DNA from: Myxococcota bacterium
GTDB taxonomy: Bacteria; Myxococcota; Myxococcia; Myxococcales; Myxococcaceae
Reading direction: 5' to 3'
Assembly: GCA_049322255.1 (NCBI GenBank)
Contig: JBMORE010000054.1
Location: 1-64,000 of the forward strand
DNA length: 64,000 nt
Below, piece after piece: positions 9,376 through 17,627 of this stretch (within the stretch, counting starts at the first letter, position 1; each line of letters opens with the position of its first letter). A program made the position numbers and the translations under genes. The notes under the pieces are model-generated. The model worked only from the letters and a program-made list of their open reading frames with translations, had not been told where the DNA came from and searched no databases.

Positions 9376-10035
9376 TTAGAAGTAGAACGTCGCGCCGATG
9401 CCCGGGGTGAAGGTCGCCGCCGTCACCGCTCCCGACCTAAAGTCGATCGGCACCCCGACCAGCGCTTCACCGTTCACCGAGAAGTGGCCGCTGAACCAGT
9501 ACTCGGCGCCTCCACCGGCTGCCAGCGCGAACACGAAGTCGTCGCCGCGGACGGAAATCCCCTTGCCGAAGCCAATCCCTCCGGCCACGTAGGGACGAAT
9601 CGGCTTCTCTTTGCTTCCCAGGTACGCCTGTCCCCCCACGCCGGCGCCGAAACCAAAGGGCACGTCGCCGTTGATGAACCCCAGGCCGAGGCCGGCATCG
9701 AAGGTGAGCGCTACCGAATCGGTCGCCAAATACTTGAACCCGAAGGTGGGGGCCGCTGGGCCCGCCCCCGAGCTGGAGGTGCCGCTCACCGCGGGAATGC
9801 CGCCTCCGCCGAAGCTGGCGCGAAGCCCGAACGCCCCCTTGGAAGGACCCGGAACAGCCGCCGAAACCGGAGCCTCCGGAGCAGAGGGAGGAGGTGCGTA
9901 AGGGTTGTCAAAGGTGATCGGCGGGCTCGTCGACGGCGGCGAAGCGGCGCTGTCGGCGGGGAGCTCCGTGCCGATTTCCTGGGCGAAGGAAACAGCCGCG
10001 CAAAGCCCCACGGCGGCGAAGAAGAAGCGGTTCAC
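9376..10035 (-). CDS. Outer-membrane beta-barrel protein
   Basis: Signal peptide (VSFA/Q), Pro-rich linker, amphipathic Gly/aromatic strands, C-terminal GIGATFYF. Confidence 0.75.
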   Translation of the reverse strand: MNRFFFAAVGLCAAVSFAQEIGTELPADSAASPPSTSPPITFDNPYAPPPSAPEAPVSAAVPGPSKGAFGLRASFGGGGIPAVSGTSSSGAGPAAPTFGFKYLATDSVALTFDAGLGLGFINGDVPFGFGAGVGGQAYLGSKEKPIRPYVAGGIGFGKGISVRGDDFVFALAAGGGAEYWFSGHFSVNGEALVGVPIDFRSGAVTAATFTPGIGATFYF

Positions 10036-10053
10036 GAAAGTCCCTTTCGGTCG

Positions 10054-11256
10054 TCAAACCTTCACGTTGACGGCGAGCTTGTACGTCTTGGCCACCTGGG
10101 CCGGGGAGAGCGCCTTGGCCAAGAAGAACTCCACATCGAACAGCCCGGGGTTGCGCGGGGTGAAGAAGAACTCGCGGGTGGCCGCCCCGCCGTTGCCCGG
10201 CTCGAAGTTCGCCTCCCGAAGACCGATGCGCTTGGCGGTGGTCGGCTCGATCGCCCAGGTGTAGTTGGCGCGCTCCTGCAGCCGCACGGTGAGGCCCTGG
10301 TTCATCTTCACTTCCGCCGCGCCTTGGTGGCCCGAGCCCTCGACGTGCACCAGCTCCATCGCGTCGCGGGAAACCGCCTTGTGCTCGGCTGGGCGCGGCT
10401 CCACCGTTTCCACCTCCACGCTGCCGCCCCACCCCGAGCTCTTCGCGGTCACCCCACTCACCTGGACGATCTGCCCCAGGTGCTTGCGTAGGCCCTTGGC
10501 GCCCTTGCCCTCGAGCAGGAAGGACACCTGCTGCCGAGTGCCTCCGTTGGAGACCACCAAGAAGAACTTGTCGCCGGTCATCTCGAGGTTGCCGCGGAGC
10601 GCAGCGAAGCCCTTCATCCCCGCGCCCATGCCGGCCGAGCACAGCTGCTCCACCTCGCCGGGAGAGAGGTACTTGAGCTTCTCCTCTTGGGGCGCTTCGG
10701 GCACCACCTCGTCCGGCTTCTTGGCGGTGTACTTGCGCACATCCACCGTGCCGCCGTAGTTCGAGGTTTTCTTGATGAGCCCGCTCACCGAGACTTTGTG
10801 CTCCAGGTAGGCGGGCAGCACCTCCTGGTCCGGCCCCTGGAGGAGAAACACCAGCTCACGCTTGTCCCGCCCAACTACGTAAAGGTAGGGAAACCCCTCG
10901 CGCACCCCCAGCCGCCCCTTCAGCGAGCCTTCGCCGAATACCCCGCGCCCGGCACCCGCGGTGAGAATCTGCTCCATCTCGCGTTTGGTGAGCGGAGCCC
11001 CCGGGGCGGGCGGCTTCGTCGCGCGGGGCATGGGCTTGTCAGGGAGCGGGCCGAAGAACAACGGGTCTTTGGCCTTGGGCCGCAGGTCGACCGGCTTGCT
11101 CTCCGGCTTGGCTTTGCCCTTGGGGACCGGTTTCGCCAGTTTTGGCGCAGACTTAGCGGCCTTCTTGGTTCGAGCGGGCCGTGACGCTACCCGCCGGGCG
11201 GAGCTCTTCTTGGGTGCCGGCTTCGCCTTCTTGGCGCCTGCCTTGGCCTTGGCCAT
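10054..11256 (-). CDS. Hypothetical protein: Lys/Ala-rich N-terminus, two duplicated beta-rich domains, C-terminal chagasin/I42-like domain
   Basis: Start MAKAKAGAKK with GGAG upstream; internal repeat ..FLL.G....L..HL...V.VSG...K.S..GG.V.V; C-terminal TVRLQE..NYTW..REFFFTP..PG resembles I42 inhibitors. Confidence 0.7.
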   Translation of the reverse strand: MAKAKAGAKKAKPAPKKSSARRVASRPARTKKAAKSAPKLAKPVPKGKAKPESKPVDLRPKAKDPLFFGPLPDKPMPRATKPPAPGAPLTKREMEQILTAGAGRGVFGEGSLKGRLGVREGFPYLYVVGRDKRELVFLLQGPDQEVLPAYLEHKVSVSGLIKKTSNYGGTVDVRKYTAKKPDEVVPEAPQEEKLKYLSPGEVEQLCSAGMGAGMKGFAALRGNLEMTGDKFFLVVSNGGTRQQVSFLLEGKGAKGLRKHLGQIVQVSGVTAKSSGWGGSVEVETVEPRPAEHKAVSRDAMELVHVEGSGHQGAAEVKMNQGLTVRLQERANYTWAIEPTTAKRIGLREANFEPGNGGAATREFFFTPRNPGLFDVEFFLAKALSPAQVAKTYKLAVNVKV

Positions 11257-11283
11257 TTGACCAGGTCTCCTTGCGAAGACGCC

Positions 11284-11312
11284 CATCTAATGGTAGCCGC
11301 GCGTTCTGTCAA
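11284..11312 (-). promoter_or_regulatory. Possible sigma70 promoter of the 11256 gene operon
   Basis: Perfect TTGACA (11312-11307), 17-nt spacer, weak -10 TAGATG; AT-richer intergenic DNA. Confidence 0.3.
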
Positions 11313-11356
11313 TCTAAGTCTTCAACTTTCTTGGGACTTTACGGTCTGGAGACGGC

Positions 11357-12565
11357 GTGGGCGAGCCAGCGACGATGCTGAGCGTCACCGAGGCACAAAA
11401 GCGCGTTCTTTCGTCGAGCGCGCCGTTGCCGGTCGAACGTGTACGGGTGGCGGAGGCGATGGGCAGAGTGCTCGCCGAAGACGTCGTCGCCGTGCGCACG
11501 CTGCCCCCGTGGAAAAACTCGGCGATGGATGGGTATGCCGTGCGCAGCGCCGACGGGGTGCGACGGCTTCAGGTGGTGGAGACGATTCACGCCGGCGCCA
11601 CCCCCTCGCGGGTGATTGGCCCGGGCGAGTGCGCGCGCATCATGACCGGCGCCCCCATGCCCAGCGGCGCCGACGCAGTGGTGATGCAAGAGCGCACCCG
11701 GCGCGAGGGCGAGACGGTCGAGCTTTTCGAGGCGGCGACGCCGGGGCAAAACGTACGCCAAGAAGGTGAAGACGCGCTGCGGGGCGAGGTCCTCCTGTCC
11801 CAAAGAACGCCCATCGGAATTCCCGAGGCGGGGCTGTTGTGGGGGCAAGGCTTCGCCGACGTCGGCGTGCACCGGCGCCCCAAAGTGGCGATCGCCTCCA
11901 CCGGGGACGAGCTGTGCCCGGTCGAGTCGCCCAAGGAGGGCCGCATCGCCGACACCAACTCGCCCATGCTGGCGGCAGCGACGCGGCGCGCGGGCGCCCT
12001 TCCCACCCTCCTGGGCATCGCCCGCGACGAGCTCGACGAAGTGGAGCGCGTCTTTTCCGGCGGGCTGACCCACGATGTGCTCCTCACCTGCGCCGGCGTC
12101 TCGGTGGGAGAAAAAGACTTCGCCCGCGACGCTTTGAGCCGCCTGGGGGTGGAGCTGTCCTTTTGGAAGGTGGCGATGAGGCCGGGCAAGCCTCTCCTGG
12201 TGGGGCTCAAAGGCCGCACGTTGGTCTTCGGCCTGCCCGGAAACCCCACCTCGGCGTTGGTCACCTTCGAGCTGTTCGTCCGGCCCTGCCTGCGCCGCCT
12301 GTTGGGCTTTGCCGACGCCGGCCCACCCCGCGTACGCGGGCGGACGGAGGTTGCCTTCCAGAAGCCGGCCGGGGTGACCCACTTCATCCGCGTCATCGCC
12401 CGCTGGCACGAGGGAGAGACATGGGTACGGCCGCTTCCCTCACAGACCTCGGGTGCACTGCGCAGTGCCGCCGCGGCCACCCACCTGCTCGAGTTGGGCC
12501 CCGACACCACCGAGTTGCTTGCGGGCGAGCCTGCCACCCTGTTACCTCTCAGCTGGACGCCGTAA
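11357..12565 (+). CDS. moeA: Molybdopterin molybdenumtransferase MoeA
   Basis: SAMDGYAVR, IMTGAPMP.GADAVVMQE, STGDEL, RPGKP, GLPGNP; alternative ATG at 11375. Confidence 0.95.
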   Translation: MGEPATMLSVTEAQKRVLSSSAPLPVERVRVAEAMGRVLAEDVVAVRTLPPWKNSAMDGYAVRSADGVRRLQVVETIHAGATPSRVIGPGECARIMTGAPMPSGADAVVMQERTRREGETVELFEAATPGQNVRQEGEDALRGEVLLSQRTPIGIPEAGLLWGQGFADVGVHRRPKVAIASTGDELCPVESPKEGRIADTNSPMLAAATRRAGALPTLLGIARDELDEVERVFSGGLTHDVLLTCAGVSVGEKDFARDALSRLGVELSFWKVAMRPGKPLLVGLKGRTLVFGLPGNPTSALVTFELFVRPCLRRLLGFADAGPPRVRGRTEVAFQKPAGVTHFIRVIARWHEGETWVRPLPSQTSGALRSAAAATHLLELGPDTTELLAGEPATLLPLSWTP

Positions 12566-12637
12566 ACCAAGTCCACCCTGTGTTTCCGCGCAGTTAGACG
12601 ACACCCGACTTGACTTGGCGGGGTCGCCACAGCTTCA

Positions 12638-13315
12638 ATGGCCCGCCCGATGAGCGACACGCCGAACGTTTTGCCGACCAAGAAGCCGGGCCATTTTTTG
12701 GAGCGCTACGCGCAGAGCGTGCTGCCGACCGTCCGAGGCGAGTTTCGGGTCGTCGTCTTTCGCGACCGGCGCAACGCTCGCGAGCACGTGGCGCTGGTCA
12801 AAGGCGAGGTGCAGGGGCTCGAGGGAGTGCCGGTGCGGGTGCACTCGGAGTGCCTGACCAGCGAGGTGTTCGGCAGCCTCAAGTGCGATTGCAAAGAGCA
12901 GCTCGAGTGCGCCCTCCAGCTCATCGCGCAGAACGGCACCGGGGTGCTGATCTATCTGCGTCAGGAGGGCCGCGGCATCGGCCTGGGAAACAAAATCAAG
13001 GCTTACGCGCTGCAAGACCAGGGCGCCGACACTTACGAGGCGAACCGCCAGCTCGGGTTTCCGGACGACTTGCGCAGCTACGACGTGGCCGCCGAGATTT
13101 TGCGCGCCCTCCAGGTACGCTCGGTCGACCTCATCACCAACAACCCACTGAAAATCGCCGGGCTGGTGGAGGAAGGCGTTCCGGTGCGCCGCAGAATCCC
13201 ATCGCGCACGAACCACAATCCGCATAACGTCGACTATCTGAAAACCAAGCGTGAGCGTTCGGGGCACCTCATTGAGCTCTTCGCCGAGGACGAGACGGAA
13301 GCCAAGACCGGTTGA
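12638..13315 (+). CDS. ribA: GTP cyclohydrolase II
   Basis: VRVHSECLTSEVFGSLKCDC, QEGRGIGL.NK, DTYEAN, TNNP.K. Confidence 0.95.
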   Translation: MARPMSDTPNVLPTKKPGHFLERYAQSVLPTVRGEFRVVVFRDRRNAREHVALVKGEVQGLEGVPVRVHSECLTSEVFGSLKCDCKEQLECALQLIAQNGTGVLIYLRQEGRGIGLGNKIKAYALQDQGADTYEANRQLGFPDDLRSYDVAAEILRALQVRSVDLITNNPLKIAGLVEEGVPVRRRIPSRTNHNPHNVDYLKTKRERSGHLIELFAEDETEAKTG

Positions 13316-14231
13316 GAAGGCTGGGCGCTCCACCGGCCGGGTTCGCCCGAACGGGAGAGACGACTTCCAGATTCGCTTCTGGGGTGTACGGGGCTCCATT
13401 CCTGCCCCCGGCGCACGCACCTCGCGCTACGGAGGGAACACCCCCTGCGTCGAGGTTCGCTGCGGCGACCACTTGCTCATCTTCGACTTGGGCTCGGGGG
13501 TGCGGCTGTTGGGCGAGAGCCACCCTGCTCCGCTCAAGGCGAGCATCTTCTTGTCGCACTACCACTACGACCATCTGCAGGGGCTGCCCTTCTTCACCCC
13601 GATGTTCAACCCCCAGAACGAGCTCGTCATCTACGGGCCCACCCGCAACGGCCAGACGGTGCACCAGATTCTCTCCGGGCAGATGCAGCAGCCCTACTTC
13701 CCGGTGACCGCCGAGATGGTCTTCCGCGCCAAGGTGGAGTACCGGCCGATCGACGAAGGCGAGCGCGTCGTTTTGGGTGAAGCAGTGGTGACCGCGGTCG
13801 AGCTCAACCACCCCGGCGGAAACTTGGGTTACCGGGTGGACTTTCGCGGCCGCTCGATGGTGTACGCCACCGACATCGAGCACGGCTCGGAGATGGACCA
13901 GCGGCTGGCGAGCTTCGCCCAGGGCACCGACGTGCTCATCTACGACGCCATGTACACCGAGGACGAGTACCTGGGCCGCAGCGGGCCGCCCAAGACCGGC
14001 TGGGGGCACTCGACCTGGCAGGGAGCGGTGGAGGCCGCTCACCGCGCCCAGGCGAAGAAGCTGGTGCTTTTCCACCACGACCCCACCCGCGGCGACGCCG
14101 ACTTGGAGAAAGTCTTGCGCCACGTGAAGAAGCAGCGCCCCGACGCCATCGCCGCGCGCGAGCAGCAGACCCTCTCCATCCCTCTCCCCGTGGGAGAGGG
14201 CAAGGGTGAGGGGCGTAAGCTCACGAGTTGA
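13251..14231 (+). CDS. MBL-fold metallo-hydrolase (start uncertain)
   Basis: FWGVRGSIP, YGGNTPC, SHYHYDHLQG (HxHxDH), HPGG, GWGHST, FHHDP; C-terminus formed by repeat copy 3. Confidence 0.88.
   Translation: MSVRGTSLSSSPRTRRKPRPVEKAGRSTGRVRPNGRDDFQIRFWGVRGSIPAPGARTSRYGGNTPCVEVRCGDHLLIFDLGSGVRLLGESHPAPLKASIFLSHYHYDHLQGLPFFTPMFNPQNELVIYGPTRNGQTVHQILSGQMQQPYFPVTAEMVFRAKVEYRPIDEGERVVLGEAVVTAVELNHPGGNLGYRVDFRGRSMVYATDIEHGSEMDQRLASFAQGTDVLIYDAMYTEDEYLGRSGPPKTGWGHSTWQGAVEAAHRAQAKKLVLFHHDPTRGDADLEKVLRHVKKQRPDAIAAREQQTLSIPLPVGEGKGEGRKLTS
14180..14213 (-). repeat. Palindromic repeat copy 3 (left arm of inverted pair)
   Basis: ccctctccccgtgggagagggcaagggtgagggg; read as PLPVGEGKGEG at MBL C-terminus. 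Confidence 0.9.
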
Positions 14232-15318
14232 CTCCCCTCACCCCGTCCCTCTCCCAGAGGGAGAGGGAGACCGCTCGCCGCAGGCCCTTGAAGGGAAGGC
14301 GGCGCGTGGCTTCGCCGACGTCGACCCACTCGAAGGTCTGATGCTCGCCCACATCGAGGCGAACCGGCGCGCCTTGCGGCCACTGCGTGGCGAAGGCGTG
14401 CTCCTCGAGGAGGTGCGGAGGACTTTCATCTCCCCAGGCGAAGGCATGGCGGTAGCCCAAGTCTCGCACCTTGGCGCGCGCTCCCGTCTCCTCGAAGAGC
14501 TCTCGGGCGGCGGCCTCGATCGGCGCCTCGCCCTCCTTCACACGGCCGGTCACCGTCTGCCAAAACCCGCCGCGGGCCTGGGTGCGCTGAAGCAGGAGCA
14601 CCTGGGGCCCCGGACGCACCACGGTGACCGACACCGTCGGTGTGGGCCTGGGAGCGAAGGAAAGCTGGGCGCCGAAGAGGTGGGCAAAGCTTTCGGCCAC
14701 CGCCCTTTCGACGTCGGCGAGGCTCACCTCCTGCCCCAGGAGGCGCTGCATCGAGGTCACTCCCGCTTCATGGATACCGCAAGGGACGATGAGCTCGAAG
14801 TGCGACAGCTGGGTATTCACGTTGAGCGCAAAGCCGTGGCGGGTGTACCAGCGCGACAGGTGCACGCCGATCGCCGCCACCTTGGCCAGGCCACCGCTGG
14901 TTTCCACCCACACCCCGGGCCACTGGGGGGCGCGCACGCCCAAGACGCCAAAGCGGGCGAGCGCGCGGATGAGCGCCTCCTCGATGTCCCTCACGTAGCG
15001 GCGCACGTCCTGGCGGTGGGGAGGCAGATGGAGCACGGGGTAGCCGACGAGCTGCCCGGGCCCGTGGTAGGTGACATCGCCCCCGCGGTCGGTCTCGAAC
15101 AGCTCGACCCTTTCGCGCGCCAGCACCTCCTCGCTGGCGAGCACGTTCTGCCGCTTTCCGCCCCGGCCCAGGGTGAGCACCGGCGGGTGCTCGAGGAGGA
15201 ACAGCGTGTCATTCACCTGCCCGGTGGCACGCGCCTCGACGAAGCGGCGCATCAGCGTCAGGCCGTCTTCGTACTCGACCCGGCCGAGGCGATGGCAGAC
15301 GAGCGGGGGCACCACCAT
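14221..15318 (-). CDS. lipB: Lipoyl(octanoyl) transferase LipB fused to C-terminal NUDIX (NudB-like) domain
   Basis: LEHPPVLTLG, RGGDVTYHGPGQLVGYP, KVAAIG, HGFALN, IVPCG; then WQTVTG and Nudix box GRVKEGEAPIEAAARELFEETG. Confidence 0.92.
   Translation of the reverse strand: MVVPPLVCHRLGRVEYEDGLTLMRRFVEARATGQVNDTLFLLEHPPVLTLGRGGKRQNVLASEEVLARERVELFETDRGGDVTYHGPGQLVGYPVLHLPPHRQDVRRYVRDIEEALIRALARFGVLGVRAPQWPGVWVETSGGLAKVAAIGVHLSRWYTRHGFALNVNTQLSHFELIVPCGIHEAGVTSMQRLLGQEVSLADVERAVAESFAHLFGAQLSFAPRPTPTVSVTVVRPGPQVLLLQRTQARGGFWQTVTGRVKEGEAPIEAAARELFEETGARAKVRDLGYRHAFAWGDESPPHLLEEHAFATQWPQGAPVRLDVGEHQTFEWVDVGEATRRLPFKGLRRAVSLSLWERDGVRGVNS
14234..14267 (+). repeat. Palindromic repeat copy 4 (right arm of inverted pair)
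   Basis: cccctcaccccgtccctctcccagagggagaggg; read on minus strand as SLSLWERDGVRG at LipB C-terminus. Confidence 0.9.
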
Positions 15319-16530
15319 TCAATCCTTGGGGGGCGCGGACTTCTTCCGCCGGCGGCGCGTCTTCGGCTTGTCCCGGGCTGAGTCGAGGGGCCCTTTCGCC
15401 GAGAGGTTCCACGAGCCTGGCGGAAGCCTCTCCACCAGCGCCTCGAGCTCACGCGCCCCGCGGGCAGCGCGCGCCGCTTCCTCCGCCAGGGTCGTCACCA
15501 GCTCGTCGGAGACGTCGAGCTCGGCGGCCCGCCGTGCCAAGAGACGACGGGCAATCTCGGCGAGCGACTCGACCGACAGCGGCGAAAGCTGCGCCACCAC
15601 CTGCACCCGATCGGCCAGCGCCAGCGGGAGCTTGCCCCCGGTCGCCTCGTGCAGCGCTCGCCCCGAATACATCGGGAGGTCGATCTCGTCGCCCTGGAGC
15701 ACGAATGACGGCGCCTTCGGCTCGCCGCGGAAGGCAATCACCAGCTGACGATCAGGCCGTGCGCGCAAAAGCTCGGCCAGGCGGTTGCCGTGCTCCACGG
15801 AGACGGCGGGCACGTCGAGGAGCAGCCGCTGTCCGTCCTCGTCGGGGAGGGGAAGAGAGCGCTCGAGGTCGGTCAGGTAGCGGCCCAGCCCACGGCGGGC
15901 GAGGTCGCGTAGGAGCGTCGTCTTGCCCGTTCCCTCCGGCCCGAGCACCAAGACCAGCTGAGCGCCCATCCGAAAGGCGGTGTCGAGCACCTTCTGCGCC
16001 TCGGTTTGCCCCAAGGGCTCGACCGCGGGTGCTTCGTCGGACATCGGGGGAGCGACCGGCCTTCCCTCACCGAGCAGCGCGCGCGACTCCTCGACGCAGC
16101 CGCGACAGATGAAGGCGCCCGCCGGACCTGCCACCAAGTCACCCACCTCGCCCCGCGGACGGCAGCAGAAGCTGCACCAGGCGGGGAGCGTCGGGTCGGC
16201 GCGCGTCGGCCCGCGCTCGATGAGCTTAGGCTCGGAGATGCTGATTTTTTCGAGCTGCTCGAGTGCCTCGGTCGCTTCGTCCTCCCCGCTCACCGCGCGC
16301 GCCAAGGGGTTCTCGGGAAGCCACTCCAGGCGACGAAGCTCGTCGGTCAAATCTTGCCGTGTCCCATCGAGCGTGCGGGCATGGCGCAACATCTTGAGCG
16401 CGCGGTTGGAGTTACCCGCATTGCGGTACAGCGCTGCCGCCTTCTTCAAAAGATCGACGGCGCGGGCCTTGTCGCCCTGGATTTCCGCCTCCTGGGCGGC
16501 GCGCACGTACTCTTTGGCGTCGTCGGGCAC
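15319..16530 (-). CDS. ClpX-type C4 zinc-finger protein with helical N-terminus and degenerate AAA+ domain
   Basis: CSFC...LVAGPAGAFICRGCV zinc finger; Walker A GPEGTGKT; GAREL sensor-2-like; no canonical Walker B DE. Confidence 0.75.
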   Translation of the reverse strand: MPDDAKEYVRAAQEAEIQGDKARAVDLLKKAAALYRNAGNSNRALKMLRHARTLDGTRQDLTDELRRLEWLPENPLARAVSGEDEATEALEQLEKISISEPKLIERGPTRADPTLPAWCSFCCRPRGEVGDLVAGPAGAFICRGCVEESRALLGEGRPVAPPMSDEAPAVEPLGQTEAQKVLDTAFRMGAQLVLVLGPEGTGKTTLLRDLARRGLGRYLTDLERSLPLPDEDGQRLLLDVPAVSVEHGNRLAELLRARPDRQLVIAFRGEPKAPSFVLQGDEIDLPMYSGRALHEATGGKLPLALADRVQVVAQLSPLSVESLAEIARRLLARRAAELDVSDELVTTLAEEAARAARGARELEALVERLPPGSWNLSAKGPLDSARDKPKTRRRRKKSAPPKD

Positions 16531-16541
16531 GGGAATGTACG

Positions 16542-16576
16542 CCCCTCACCCTAACCCTCTCCCAGTGGGAGAGGGG
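16542..16576 (+). repeat. Palindromic repeat copy 5 (supplies E1-alpha C-terminus and TAG stop)
   Basis: cccctcaccctaaccctctcccagtgggagagggg; minus-strand read PLPLGEG*. Confidence 0.9.
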
Positions 16577-17627
16577 AGCTCTTCAACTGCGCTCGCTGCT
16601 CGGCGAGGTTCCACGGCTCGATCGCGTAAACGTCGTCGAAGAGAGTCTCGCGCGCCGGGGGCGGGAGCGCCTCGGCCTCGGCGATGGCGGCGTTGATCTC
16701 TTCGAGCAGCTCGGCTCGCAGGGCCTGGTCCTTGCGGGCGTCCCACAGCTTGCGCTCCACCAGGCGCGCGAAAAAGCGAACGATCGGGTCCTTCTTGCTC
16801 CAGGCCTCGACCTCCTTCGGTTCGCGGTACCGGGTGGGGTCGTCGGAAGAGGAGTGCGCGCCCATGCGGTAGGTCTCGGCTTCGATGAGCGTCGGCCCCT
16901 TCCCCGCTCGCGCCCGCGCCACCGCCTCGGCGGCCGCAGCGTAGACGGACTCCAAATCATTGCCGTCGATCTTGACCCCGGGAAAGCCGTACGCCTTCGC
17001 CTTGATGGCAATCGACTCGGAGGCTGTCTGGCGTCCGGTGGGGACGGAGATCGACCAGTGGTTGTTCTGACAGACAAACACCACCGGCACCTGAAACACC
17101 CCGGCGAAGTTCATCGCCACGTGGAAGTCGGCCGACGAGGTGGCGCCGTCTCCCAAGAAGGCCATCGCCACCACGTCGTTCTTCTTCAACTTCGCCGCCC
17201 ACGCCGCGCCCACCGCCTGAGGCAGCTGCGTGCCGATGCATGAGCCCCAGCTCACCTGGTTCACCGAGCGCGCCGCTTGGTGCGAGGGCATCTGCCGGCC
17301 CTTGGTGACGTCGCCTAAGTTACCGAAGACTTGCGCGATGTACGGCACCAAAGGAAAGCCGCGCATGAGCATGGCTGCGCCTTCGCGTAGGGCGGGGAAG
17401 ATCCAATCGCGCGGTTCCAGGGCGAGCGCACTGCCTACCACCGCTGCCTCCTGGCCGCTGCAGGCACCGTAGAAGCCGATGCGGCCCTGGCGCTGCAAGG
17501 TCATCATCCGCTCATCGAGCGTGCGAATGCGCAGCATCTCCCGGTAGCCCTGAAGCAGCCGCTCGGCCGGGAGCGCCGTACTCCCTCTCCCCTTGGGAGA
17601 GAGTTGGGGTGAGGGGCTCGCCATCAC
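16551..17627 (-). CDS. 2-oxoacid dehydrogenase E1 alpha subunit (branched-chain/pyruvate type)
   Basis: LQRQGRIGFY, GQEA, GRQMPSH, TPP motif GDGATS..CQNN, HSSSDDPTRYR. Confidence 0.93.
   Translation of the reverse strand: MMASPSPQLSPKGRGSTALPAERLLQGYREMLRIRTLDERMMTLQRQGRIGFYGACSGQEAAVVGSALALEPRDWIFPALREGAAMLMRGFPLVPYIAQVFGNLGDVTKGRQMPSHQAARSVNQVSWGSCIGTQLPQAVGAAWAAKLKKNDVVAMAFLGDGATSSADFHVAMNFAGVFQVPVVFVCQNNHWSISVPTGRQTASESIAIKAKAYGFPGVKIDGNDLESVYAAAAEAVARARAGKGPTLIEAETYRMGAHSSSDDPTRYREPKEVEAWSKKDPIVRFFARLVERKLWDARKDQALRAELLEEINAAIAEAEALPPPARETLFDDVYAIEPWNLAEQRAQLKSSPLPLGEG
17583..17616 (-). repeat. Palindromic repeat copy 6 (forms E1-alpha N-terminus)
   Basis: ccctctccccttgggagagagttggggtgagggg; minus-strand read PSPQLSPKGRG. 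Confidence 0.9.

Noticed and set aside
14180..14267. Repeat-spacer-repeat units (also 59255-59338) as a mini-CRISPR
   Set aside because: Arms are inverted rather than direct, only two per site, spacers are 13-20 nt, and no cas genes are present
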